Origin: Bacteroidota bacterium
GTDB lineage: Bacteria; Bacteroidota; Bacteroidia; Bacteroidales; JACABE01
Direction of reading: 5' to 3'
Length of the DNA: 24,000 nt
NCBI GenBank assembly: GCA_037134755.1
Contig: JBAXLO010000008.1
Location: 14,011 to 38,010 of the forward strand
The notes beneath the pieces are model-generated. The model saw nothing but the letters and a program-made list of their open reading frames with translations, did not search any database and was not told where the DNA came from. Every line of letters starts with the position of its first letter. The stretch's first letter is position 1. Positions 8,397 to 17,294 of the stretch are shown piece by piece. A program made the position numbers and the translations under genes.

Positions 8397-10046
8397 CTAC
8401 TTACTTATATCTTTCTTCCCCTTTAGGTTCTCAACTAACTCATTCAATTCTGCCTCCGATAATGAAAATCTCTTTGTCGGTTCAAATTCTACTGATTCCA
8501 TTGTATTTGTGTGCATAGCTCCTATTTGGTATAAACCCGCGTCGTTTATATCCATACTAAGCATTATTTGATCATTTGTGTAGTAAAGTGGCAGAAAAAA
8601 TGAAAATTGGCATATTTCTTTTTTCTCCACTTTTTCTTTTTCAATTATCTCATTAAAGCAGAGATCAATTCTGTCGTTTAATGCATGTCCAACTTTAATT
8701 GCAAATTCTTTCTTTTCCAAAAATGGATATTCCGTCCCCTTTGGTATAAAAACGCTTGATTTACCAGCATGATATATTTCAATATCCCTTGAAACAATGC
8801 TATTACACTTATTTTGAGCAAAGGGGGGTATAATAGTCCCATTTTTAAGTGCAGCTTGTATTGCTGCACCTTTTGCAACTGCCTTATTGAAATCATCTGA
8901 ATGTATAATTTTTTCTTTTGTGATGCCACCGATACTTGAAAATACATTAAATATTAATTCCCTTACATATGGAATTTGAGAACTACCTCCTATTAATATT
9001 ACTTGTGAGATAGGCAAGCGTTTTTTGCTAATTCCCTTTAAAACATCTGCAATCCTTGTTTTTATGCTTAGCTTGCTATCCCCCAATACTTCCTCTTCAA
9101 AATCTTCCCTAGTAACGATTATTGGTTTATAAATGCCTTCAAAAGATATTTTTACGCTTTTCTCAGTTGAGAGTTTGATTTTTGCTTGCTCAATATTTCT
9201 CTTAAGTCTAAATATATATTGCTTAACATCAATACTCACATCTTCAGAAAATTTTAATATTTTATGATCTAAATAATTTATATAATAATTTTCAAAAGCG
9301 ATTTTTACTTCTTGAATAAATTTATCATTTACATATTCATTGGCTATATTCTGGAGAACTAAATCAGTAAAAATAAAATCTATAATATTTCCTCCCAATT
9401 CAGGATCTCCACCAATTTCAAGAACTTCAGGTGTAATTGCGCCATTTGCATAACATACCTTTATTAATGATAGGTCTAACGTCCCCCCTCCGAAATCAAA
9501 CACAAGAATATTTTTATGCGCATCAGATGAGAACCATTCTATGCCCTTTTTTACATACTGATCAAAAAGGTGGTACATGATAGCAGCTGTTGGTTCTTCA
9601 ATTAAGCCTTCAATTCTCATCCCTGCTGCAATTCCTGCTTGCATTGTAGCGTCTTTCTGCGTTTGGTCAAAAAATGCTGGAACAGTTATTAAGGCAGATT
9701 TTATCTGATTATTGTGCAATTTATTGAAGTGCCTAAGAAGGTAAGCAGAAATCTCTTGAGGTGATTTGTTAATTATATTTCCGTTTATTATAATAGGTAT
9801 TTCAGTTGTTTTCCCAAGACGAATTTTAACAAGTTCAACAGTACTGTCGGGATAAATATATAATTTGTTTTCGGCAAGACTCCCAACTTTATAATTATTT
9901 TCGTCCTCGAAATACACTATTGACGGGAAGCTTTCATTGCCTTCATCATCATTGAGACATTTTACTTCGAAGCTCCCGTCAAGCTTTTCTTCTACTTTTG
10001 CAACAAGACAATTGGATGTTCCTAAATCAAGTCCGTAGCTTATCAT
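8397..10046 (-). CDS. atypical short Hsp70-family ATPase (HscC-like, 549 aa)
   Basis: Phosphate-1 motif YGLDLGTSNCLVA (10011..10028). ITVPAFFDQTQKDATMQAGIAAGMRIEGLIEEPTAAIMY. Phosphate-2 motif VFDFGGGTLDLSLIK. Adenosine motif ILIGGSSQIPYVRE. An SBD-beta-like stretch runs IPKGTEYPF...MDINDAGLYQIGA. The protein ends soon after, so the helical lid is short or absent. GGAGG SD at 10053..10057. Confidence 0.9.
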   Translation of the reverse strand: MISYGLDLGTSNCLVAKVEEKLDGSFEVKCLNDDEGNESFPSIVYFEDENNYKVGSLAENKLYIYPDSTVELVKIRLGKTTEIPIIINGNIINKSPQEISAYLLRHFNKLHNNQIKSALITVPAFFDQTQKDATMQAGIAAGMRIEGLIEEPTAAIMYHLFDQYVKKGIEWFSSDAHKNILVFDFGGGTLDLSLIKVCYANGAITPEVLEIGGDPELGGNIIDFIFTDLVLQNIANEYVNDKFIQEVKIAFENYYINYLDHKILKFSEDVSIDVKQYIFRLKRNIEQAKIKLSTEKSVKISFEGIYKPIIVTREDFEEEVLGDSKLSIKTRIADVLKGISKKRLPISQVILIGGSSQIPYVRELIFNVFSSIGGITKEKIIHSDDFNKAVAKGAAIQAALKNGTIIPPFAQNKCNSIVSRDIEIYHAGKSSVFIPKGTEYPFLEKKEFAIKVGHALNDRIDLCFNEIIEKEKVEKKEICQFSFFLPLYYTNDQIMLSMDINDAGLYQIGAMHTNTMESVEFEPTKRFSLSEAELNELVENLKGKKDISK

Positions 10047-10052
10047 AAGTAT

Positions 10053-10057
10053 CCTCC
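10053..10057 (-). promoter_or_regulatory. Shine-Dalgarno GGAGG for the Hsp70-like gene
   Basis: Plus-strand cctcc, with a 6-nt spacer to the ATG at 10046. Confidence 0.7.
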
Positions 10058-10060
10058 GGT

Positions 10061-10774
10061 CTAAAGTGATATTTGTTCTGGTTCCGGTTCTGGTTCTTTT
10101 TCAATTTGGGCTTCCATATTTTTAGATTTTTTATACTTTGTTGTCTTTTCTTTAATTATTACTTTATCCTTATTTTCAATATGTAATATTATTTTAGTAT
10201 TTGGCTTTATACCCTCTTCTGGCCATAATCCTAAGCCAGTAATTTCTTCAGTAATCTCAGAAATACTTGAAATTATGTTATTGATTGTATCAATCATAAC
10301 ACTTGTATCATCTCCGTTATTTATTTGCTCTCCTAAAGCGCTTGATGTATTGGCACTAGAAACTAGCCTATCTCTTACTATTTGTAGTTTCTTTCTAGTT
10401 TCATTTATAGTAGATTTCTTAATCTTTTCTTTCTCATTATTAGCATCGTCAATTAAGCCCTGTGCTCGACTGATTGATGATTTTAACTTTTCATTTTCTT
10501 CTATTAAAAGTCTATGTTCCAAATACCTCCTACCAATTGCGTCGAATTTAATATTTTCTTTTATCAATTCCAATGCTGTTTTTAAAGCACTATTAATTGA
10601 ATCACTCCTTGCAGATATTTTTTCTTTGTTTAAAACAGTTTCTAAATAGTTTGAGGTAGCATATTTTTCGTTTAATTCGTAGAGAAAAGTGAAAATTTCA
10701 TTCAGATACGAATTGCTTTCTCTTCCATCGCTTTGCTTGATAAATTCTTCCATTAATAAATCTTTAATATTCAT
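10061..10774 (-). CDS. hypothetical coiled-coil protein, 237 aa, acidic EPEPEPE tail
   Basis: ATG start with AGGAGGAA SD at 10783..10790. The long central stretch is rich in charged residues and looks heptad-like (IEENEKLKSSISRAQGLIDDANNEKEKIKKSTINETRKKLQIVRDRL). The C-terminal part looks beta-rich (KIILHIENKDKVIIKEK). No J-domain HPD motif. Confidence 0.65.
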   Translation of the reverse strand: MNIKDLLMEEFIKQSDGRESNSYLNEIFTFLYELNEKYATSNYLETVLNKEKISARSDSINSALKTALELIKENIKFDAIGRRYLEHRLLIEENEKLKSSISRAQGLIDDANNEKEKIKKSTINETRKKLQIVRDRLVSSANTSSALGEQINNGDDTSVMIDTINNIISSISEITEEITGLGLWPEEGIKPNTKIILHIENKDKVIIKEKTTKYKKSKNMEAQIEKEPEPEPEQISL

Positions 10775-10782
10775 AATTAATC

Positions 10783-10790
10783 TTCCTCCT
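10783..10790 (-). promoter_or_regulatory. Shine-Dalgarno AGGAGGAA for the 237-aa coiled-coil gene
   Basis: Plus-strand ttcctcct. There are 8 nt between it and the ATG at 10774. It overlaps the last base of the upstream stop codon. Confidence 0.7.
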
Positions 10791-11434
10791 TATAACCAAT
10801 GCATACCCGAAATCCAATAACGTGAACTATTTCCCTGAAATTTATGCCTATATAAAATAAAATATAGCTCTTTATCTTTTCTATTTAGTAAATCTAAATA
10901 TTTTTTTCTTTTATTTTCAAACTCACTATTTTTTATTATCCAATTCCAATAATGAACCCATCGATAATCTTTATTTAGAAATTCTTTTGCTTCTTTAAGA
11001 CAAGTTATATTCGCTTTTATTCGATACTTATTTATTTGCCCACCTTTTGATTCAGTTTTTTTATCTATTGAGATATCTTCAACTTCATTAACTTTTACAA
11101 TTGCATATCTTTCTTTAGTATTTACAAAAAACTTATCTCCATTTAGCACTTTAGCTTCAAGTATCTTTTTTAGTAAATCTATACTATTATTAGCAAGCTT
11201 TACTTTGAAAGCCTCATACATTTCGTTTCCATATTTTGATTCTTTGATCCTGATTTCATCTACAAATGTTGTGAACCCAATATCCCACATAACTTCTCCA
11301 TTAGTAGAAACTATTTGATCTCTCACTAAATCAAAAGATAGAATGTTTTTACTTTTAACATCATAGGCAACGACAGAGAACTCATCTGTGTTAGGGAATG
11401 TTTCAGTAATGGCAAGGGTTATCAGTTCATACAA
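10790..11434 (-). CDS. hypothetical protein, 214 aa, Trp-rich C-terminus
   Basis: The ORF begins at a TTG (plus-strand caa at 11432..11434) 2 nt after the upstream TAA. GGGAG lies about 10 nt upstream. There is no in-frame ATG near the start, so the start is uncertain. The C-terminus reads YRWVHYWNWIIKN...RYWISGMHWL. Confidence 0.6.
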   Translation of the reverse strand: MYELITLAITETFPNTDEFSVVAYDVKSKNILSFDLVRDQIVSTNGEVMWDIGFTTFVDEIRIKESKYGNEMYEAFKVKLANNSIDLLKKILEAKVLNGDKFFVNTKERYAIVKVNEVEDISIDKKTESKGGQINKYRIKANITCLKEAKEFLNKDYRWVHYWNWIIKNSEFENKRKKYLDLLNRKDKELYFILYRHKFQGNSSRYWISGMHWL

Positions 11435-11436
11435 AA

Positions 11437-14211
11437 TTATTCATCTCCCATCATACTTTCACTTACTTCGTAGTAGTTTCTAAGGCATACATCTGTAAAG
11501 TTACAATTTTCGCAAACTTTTTTATGAGGCAATTCAATTTTTTTCTGATAAAGTTTGCTCGACTCCATATATTTATTGATACGCATATTAATATTATCTA
11601 AGCTGAAATTCATTGTGTTTTGCTTTGTTTTGTCATCTTTCCATTGTGCAATTAGAAAGTTTAACTTTCTTCTTCTGTAAATCATACCCGTACCATTATT
11701 ACCAATAATCTGCTTATAGGTGTTCTTTTCTAAGTCGTATAAAACTGCTTGCCCCCAGAACGGAAAAAGTTTTCTAATATTTTCATATTCAATTGAAAGC
11801 TTATTTTTTAAATCTTTTTCCTTCAGTCCATACTTTTTTTCCATTAAAATAAACATAAAATTAGATACAAAATATTTTATATGGTATTCATTTGAATATT
11901 CGATTGGTGATTTAATCAGATAATTTATCATGAATTTAAATGGGCATATTGCGAATGTTTCTTTTTCCTCACTTGATAACTTTTCTGAGTTTAAAGCGCT
12001 TATAACTTTTTCTTTTGATTCCTCAGCAATAAATGACGGCTGTCCGCTTTTGTCAAATAATTTTTGACCTAGATTTAGAATTTTAAGAAGATAATAAAGC
12101 GTCTGTTCTCTGCCATTTTCTTCTTGAATAAAACTTAATTGAATATTCTTATTTGAGAAAAATGTTCCATAAAATAGTGAGAATTTGAGAAAATTTCTAT
12201 GTTCTAATATGCATTTTGTTATTACAGGGACTGCTGATTCCATGTCCGTATATCCAACAAACATTTTTTCTGATAGTGGCCAAGTCAAGATATCGCTGTT
12301 CTGAGAATTCATATTCAAGTTTGACAATAATGCAAAATGATGATATTTAGCGGTTGTCGAAGTTCCTAATAAGACAGAACCATCAATTTGTTCAAAATTT
12401 CTGACAATCCAGTTTGATGAATCTTTTTTGTTTGAACCCGAAAGATAGAAGGCTATTGCATCTTTTACATCCTCAATATTCCCTTTGACCGCACCCTCGT
12501 GAAATAACTTCATTTTTATATTTAGTTCTTCTATTAATTTACTTTCTGTGTCGCTAATAATTACATTCGATGTAGCTTTGTTTGATATTATTTCCATCAA
12601 AATACCAAAATGCTTTGCAAAGTCTACTGTTTTATTTGAATCCTTAAACAATTCATTTGAAATCCCTTCAATAAATTCGATGAATTTTTTAAATTCATCG
12701 ATCTCATCCAAAGTAATATTAAAAAATGAAATCATTTTTAAATCATTATATAAGTTGTTAGTATTTATTATTTCATTAGCAGTTTTTAGCTCTTTGATTC
12801 TCTCGTAATATTTGATTAATAATTTCACGTCTGTGAAGTATGTAGAAATTTTTTTGTAGATTGAGTATATGTTGTGTGTTTCTGATTTATATAGACCCGT
12901 AGCAGCACACTCAAGTAAATATTTGTCTTCTATTTTCAAACTCGCAACTTCAAAATCCCACATTGAATAGATACCAAGAATGAACTGTCCAATTGGGTAA
13001 GAAAGGAAATGCCTGCTCCCAAATTGATCTGGGTAATACATCTTAAGCAATGCGTTACTTGATTCTCCAGTAACAGCATAATATTGCGTCTTCATTTGGC
13101 TAATTGATTCACCTGCTTCATCGAAAGTTATAGCAACTTCGTTGTCTGTGAATTCAGTCAGATTTCTAAATAATATAACTTCTTGATCATCTAGTTTGGG
13201 TGGGTCTTTGCCTTCAATAATGGCTGCAATTGACTGGCCAATAAGTTGTCCAGATTGAATGTCAATGGTACTTTCATATTCAAATTTTGCATCGCACCAC
13301 CCATAAACCTCTTTCCATGTGCTATAAGTAAATGGCAAATTTTTGCAGTAATTAATTAAGAAAATTACTTCAACTCCAAATTTTTCAAGTTGTTTAAAAA
13401 AATGAAACATAATTGGAGTTATTTTATGTACCCCATGTACAATTATTTTATTGAAAGCTTCAAAATTCTGACCTTGCAAAAGTTCATATAAATAATTCGC
13501 GCGGTCAAGGTCCCTTTTATATGTAGTCTTTTTTCTACCTGTCAAACTTAAGTATCCTTCTTGTCCATGCTTAGACTGGCTTAATTTATTTAAATAATCA
13601 ATGATGATTCTCAAACATTCTAAACCATCATTTCTATCATTCAAATTTGATTTTGCTCCTGATTTTTCAATATAATTCCTTCGGTTATCGCCAAAATACC
13701 ATTTAATTTCTTCATTTAAAGTTGAAATAATTGATGAGATATAATCTTCTTTATTCAATAATGCTAGTTTCTTGTACCCCTCATAATACTCACTCGTTAT
13801 TACTTCCTCATATATAATAATTAAGTAGTTCTGCTCTACTGACAAATCAGCTTTATTGAATAAATTGCTATCAGCATTCATTAATATTAATAGTTTTATT
13901 GATTCTACAATATCAGAAATATTAAACCTAAAAGCCTTTTTTATTTCTGGTTCCTTCATTCCTCTTATTATGTTTGAGATTGTAAGAAAAAGCTGCATAT
14001 CGCTCTGCGGATTATTTATGAAGTCTTTATAAAACAAGTTGATTAGCGTTGTTATAGCCCCCATATACCCAAATGATATTCTTCCATATTGAGTTTCTAA
14101 ACCTTGCATAAGGGTATCTGATGCACAAAAGTGAGGGTGATCTGTGACCACTTTCCAAAGCTCCTCGTTTTCATTAATTTTACATGGATTTGGATAAGTA
14201 AGTATCCTCAT
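11437..14211 (-). CDS. large protein with C-terminal AddB/Cas4-type four-cysteine (iron-staple) PD-(D/E)XK-like domain, 924 aa
   Basis: The first Cys sits in FAICPFKFMINYL (C756, 11944..11946). CENCNFTDVC supplies C900-x2-C903-x5-C909 (11485..11514). This matches the C...CxxCx5C pattern of AddB/Cas4/RecB-family nucleases. No Walker A is seen in the roughly 750-aa N-terminal part. The ATGA overlap with the upstream helicase gene indicates translational coupling. Confidence 0.6.
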   Translation of the reverse strand: MRILTYPNPCKINENEELWKVVTDHPHFCASDTLMQGLETQYGRISFGYMGAITTLINLFYKDFINNPQSDMQLFLTISNIIRGMKEPEIKKAFRFNISDIVESIKLLILMNADSNLFNKADLSVEQNYLIIIYEEVITSEYYEGYKKLALLNKEDYISSIISTLNEEIKWYFGDNRRNYIEKSGAKSNLNDRNDGLECLRIIIDYLNKLSQSKHGQEGYLSLTGRKKTTYKRDLDRANYLYELLQGQNFEAFNKIIVHGVHKITPIMFHFFKQLEKFGVEVIFLINYCKNLPFTYSTWKEVYGWCDAKFEYESTIDIQSGQLIGQSIAAIIEGKDPPKLDDQEVILFRNLTEFTDNEVAITFDEAGESISQMKTQYYAVTGESSNALLKMYYPDQFGSRHFLSYPIGQFILGIYSMWDFEVASLKIEDKYLLECAATGLYKSETHNIYSIYKKISTYFTDVKLLIKYYERIKELKTANEIINTNNLYNDLKMISFFNITLDEIDEFKKFIEFIEGISNELFKDSNKTVDFAKHFGILMEIISNKATSNVIISDTESKLIEELNIKMKLFHEGAVKGNIEDVKDAIAFYLSGSNKKDSSNWIVRNFEQIDGSVLLGTSTTAKYHHFALLSNLNMNSQNSDILTWPLSEKMFVGYTDMESAVPVITKCILEHRNFLKFSLFYGTFFSNKNIQLSFIQEENGREQTLYYLLKILNLGQKLFDKSGQPSFIAEESKEKVISALNSEKLSSEEKETFAICPFKFMINYLIKSPIEYSNEYHIKYFVSNFMFILMEKKYGLKEKDLKNKLSIEYENIRKLFPFWGQAVLYDLEKNTYKQIIGNNGTGMIYRRRKLNFLIAQWKDDKTKQNTMNFSLDNINMRINKYMESSKLYQKKIELPHKKVCENCNFTDVCLRNYYEVSESMMGDE

Positions 14212-17200
14212 TCTTGCACCCCACTAATCATTTTACTCCAATTATACTTAGTCTTTTTCTTTGAGACTTCATAAGAAATATAAATTATTCTCTTGATTGC
14301 TCTTGTAATTGCTACATATAAAATTCTTGTCTCTTCTCTTCTTCTATCTATAATCTCGTCCTTTTGATAGTTTTCATAATGATTATTCTCGCAAATTATT
14401 TTGTAGTCTCTGCCTGTGATTCTGTATCCAACTTCATTTTTTGAATATATTAAATCAACCTCTCCTTTTGCTCTGGCACTTGAAATATCAAAGTTGCAAT
14501 AAGGAAGTAATATCGTATCAAATTCTAGCCCTTTCGCTTTATGAACAGTTGTGCATATTGCTTTTGCTTTAGATTTTTCAATATCATATGATTCTCTTGC
14601 TTCTTCTTCTTGTTTTGTTAATATCATTATTTCCAAGTAATCAGAAAGCTTATTTATCGTAATGTAATCGGTATTTGAAGCTATTATTAATTTTTCAAAT
14701 AATTGGTCAAGATTTCTTATATAATATGATTCCAATCTTTCTATCTCTTCTAAACCATCTGCCTGCGATTTAATTGCAAATGTTTCCCAAGGCTTAGTAT
14801 CGTTTACTATATCCCTTATTACTTTTAATGCCGGCTCTTCCGTCAATCTAGAAATATATTTATTCCATTTGTTTAAATTTTTAGGCAAATTATTATAGAA
14901 TAATTCTACAATTTCTTCTTCATTTAACCCTACTAACGAATTCTTTTCCAGTTCATCGATTATATAAGATGTTGTATATAGGTTATAGAGATATTTTGGC
15001 CATCTATTATGTTTAAGTGCAAGTACTAATTTAAACAAATCAATAGTTGGATCAATTCTAAATAGGTCTCCTCCTATTTCAGTCTCAATATTAATTTTGG
15101 CTTTTTTACATATTTCCTTAATATTGTTAACTTGCCAATTGTAGCGAACTAAAATTGCAATTTTATCATTTTCATTTTCAAGACTTGGTATATACTGCCT
15201 CAATGTATCGACCAACTTTTTCTCGAATTGGGGATCGCTAAACACTTTAATATTATATAATTCAGTAGAATCACATAATAACTTTGTTCCTATTAATATA
15301 TCTTCCTCTGAGTAATCTATATCTCCATTATTATTCCAAGCCCTGAAAACTTTATTCATTTGTTTCATAAGGTTACTATCAGTTCTGTAATTTTTATTAA
15401 GTGAAACTGTTGTAAATTGATTTTCATTGTCAAGCGTATCGAAAGCTTTGACCTGGGCTCCCCTGAATCTGTAAATACATTGTTTTATATCACCAACTAC
15501 GAAGAATTTATAATTAAATTGCTTTCTAAAATCTTTCATAAGTTGGATTTGAACATCATCTGTATCTTGAAATTCATCGACAAAAAGAAAATCAATATTA
15601 TCTTTCTGGAACGTAGGGTTTTCTTGGAGTTTAGTTAATAATATTCTCAGTTTTTTTATTAAGTTGCCAAGACTAACGGAGTTATTTGTATCACAATATT
15701 CATTCATTTCAACTTGAGTTGATTTAAGTTCTTCAATTAATTTATTAAAAATTTTATTATTTGGATTTCCAAAGTCAACATCTTTATCAGATATTTCAAC
15801 ATTTTTATCATCTAACTTCTCTAATAAATGCAAGAGCCTCTCTTGCAGATCATACATAGATATTTCTATTTTATCCTCTATTTCTTTATTTTTTTCTACA
15901 AAGTCATTTATATGCTTATGCAGGATCTCTTTCCTTTTATATTTGCCTGTTGTAATGCTAAATTCTCTTCCTAAGCCTAAAACATAGCCGTATTTCTTGA
16001 TAATATTTTTAGATAAAGCATGAATTGTTGAAATGTTCATATCTTCAATAGCTTCAATAAAATCTAAGAAGTCATTATTTTTAGTCAGTAAATAAATATT
16101 CAAAAAACTATCAGCAAGTTTTTCTTTCATCGCTTGGGCTGATTCATTTGTAAAAGTGATCATAATTATAGCTCTTTTTAAATCGTATGTGTCATAACCC
16201 TTTTCCCATATCAAATATTGAATCCTAGAAATTATAACGTAGGTCTTTCCAGTGCCTGCCCCAGCCTTCACGATGATGTCCTCAAGTTTCGCATGCTCAA
16301 TAGAATACTGCCCTAAATTAAAGCTTGAGCTTTCATTTAGGCTAACAAGTTGATTTGTATATTTTCCTGATTCGCTTCCATTTATTATTTCAAATGATTC
16401 TGCGTTAACTTCCGTTAAGCTTAGATCGAAGTTAAAAGTGCTATTGCCGATAAATTTAAAATCTTTTCTGTCATCTAGTCCCATGCTTTTGATGCAACCT
16501 TCTATTTCCCCTCTAATTTTTATGAGAACATTTAGCGAAGTCACATATACATAAAATTTGGTTCCCGAATTCCATTCATGAATCATTTTTTCAAGATATG
16601 TTTTGTCAATTTCTTCATTATTTATAAAGATCAGTTTAGAGTAGTATCGCCTTACTAGCTTAATTTTATCTTTCTCTGCTTTTGAGTCGGGTTTCCCTTG
16701 CTTGTTTTCCGAACGAAATTCGGGGCTTACTAAATTCCCTACAGTATTTAATATTGGTTTGTCCAAACCATTTTTAATTAATCCAGGAATATTAATTTGT
16801 TCATATGCATCTTCAAATATTTTCTCGATTTTATCCTTCAAAGTTTTAGCGTTTTCTAGGTCTTCCATTGTAATCGTCATAATTGGGCCAGATATTTTGT
16901 TGAGATGTTTTGATTCATATTCTTTCTTATTAAGGAAAGGATAACAAACGCTACATGGCACATAAACTGAGTTAATGCCTGCATTATGAAGTATTTCAAT
17001 TAATTGAAATCTATATCTATTTGCTTGAGCTAGTGGAGATGGTATTGGTGGGTAATTCTTAAGATTAATTCTAGAATTATCTGGCACTTCGATAATATTC
17101 TTTGCTAGAAAACCCTTTATCTCTATAATTAATGCCCCAAGTTTTGGCACCAGTAGAATAATATCCACCTGCTTCTGCCCTAAGTAATAATTGTGAAAAC

Positions 17201-17294
17201 TTACATAATCTTCTGGTAATAGTTCTTTAAATTTTCTCCAGACGTAGTTTTCGCCTTCTGAATTTCCATCAAAGTCATTTATAGGTAATATCAT
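14208..17294 (-). CDS. NERD domain - UvrD/Rep-like SF1 helicase fusion, 1028 aa
   Basis: N-terminal NERD-like region YVWRKFKELLPEDYVSFHNYYLGQKQVDIILLVPKLGALIIEIKG contains D44...E58-x-K60 (17115..17165). Helicase motif I is VKAGAGTGKTYVI (16242..16262). Motif II is FLFVDEFQDTD. Motif III is VVGDIKQCIYRFRGA. Motif IV is NKNYRT. C-terminal motifs are TVHKAKGLEFDTILLP and LYVAITRAIKRI. Confidence 0.85.
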   Translation of the reverse strand: MILPINDFDGNSEGENYVWRKFKELLPEDYVSFHNYYLGQKQVDIILLVPKLGALIIEIKGFLAKNIIEVPDNSRINLKNYPPIPSPLAQANRYRFQLIEILHNAGINSVYVPCSVCYPFLNKKEYESKHLNKISGPIMTITMEDLENAKTLKDKIEKIFEDAYEQINIPGLIKNGLDKPILNTVGNLVSPEFRSENKQGKPDSKAEKDKIKLVRRYYSKLIFINNEEIDKTYLEKMIHEWNSGTKFYVYVTSLNVLIKIRGEIEGCIKSMGLDDRKDFKFIGNSTFNFDLSLTEVNAESFEIINGSESGKYTNQLVSLNESSSFNLGQYSIEHAKLEDIIVKAGAGTGKTYVIISRIQYLIWEKGYDTYDLKRAIIMITFTNESAQAMKEKLADSFLNIYLLTKNNDFLDFIEAIEDMNISTIHALSKNIIKKYGYVLGLGREFSITTGKYKRKEILHKHINDFVEKNKEIEDKIEISMYDLQERLLHLLEKLDDKNVEISDKDVDFGNPNNKIFNKLIEELKSTQVEMNEYCDTNNSVSLGNLIKKLRILLTKLQENPTFQKDNIDFLFVDEFQDTDDVQIQLMKDFRKQFNYKFFVVGDIKQCIYRFRGAQVKAFDTLDNENQFTTVSLNKNYRTDSNLMKQMNKVFRAWNNNGDIDYSEEDILIGTKLLCDSTELYNIKVFSDPQFEKKLVDTLRQYIPSLENENDKIAILVRYNWQVNNIKEICKKAKINIETEIGGDLFRIDPTIDLFKLVLALKHNRWPKYLYNLYTTSYIIDELEKNSLVGLNEEEIVELFYNNLPKNLNKWNKYISRLTEEPALKVIRDIVNDTKPWETFAIKSQADGLEEIERLESYYIRNLDQLFEKLIIASNTDYITINKLSDYLEIMILTKQEEEARESYDIEKSKAKAICTTVHKAKGLEFDTILLPYCNFDISSARAKGEVDLIYSKNEVGYRITGRDYKIICENNHYENYQKDEIIDRRREETRILYVAITRAIKRIIYISYEVSKKKTKYNWSKMISGVQE

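Noticed and set aside
8678-8947. Nested minus-strand ORF of 89 aa inside the Hsp70 gene
   Set aside because: It is an alternative frame of a gene whose main frame carries conserved Hsp70 motifs. It has no independent signal.
10079-10096. Short tandem ggttcc/ggttct repeat
   Set aside because: It has only three units and simply encodes the EPEPEPE tail of the 237-aa protein. It is not a CRISPR or regulatory repeat.
10061-10774. Possibility that the 237-aa protein is a DnaJ-type co-chaperone
   Set aside because: It has no HPD tripeptide or J-domain-like helices. I kept only a weak GrpE-like topology idea as a low-interest finding.
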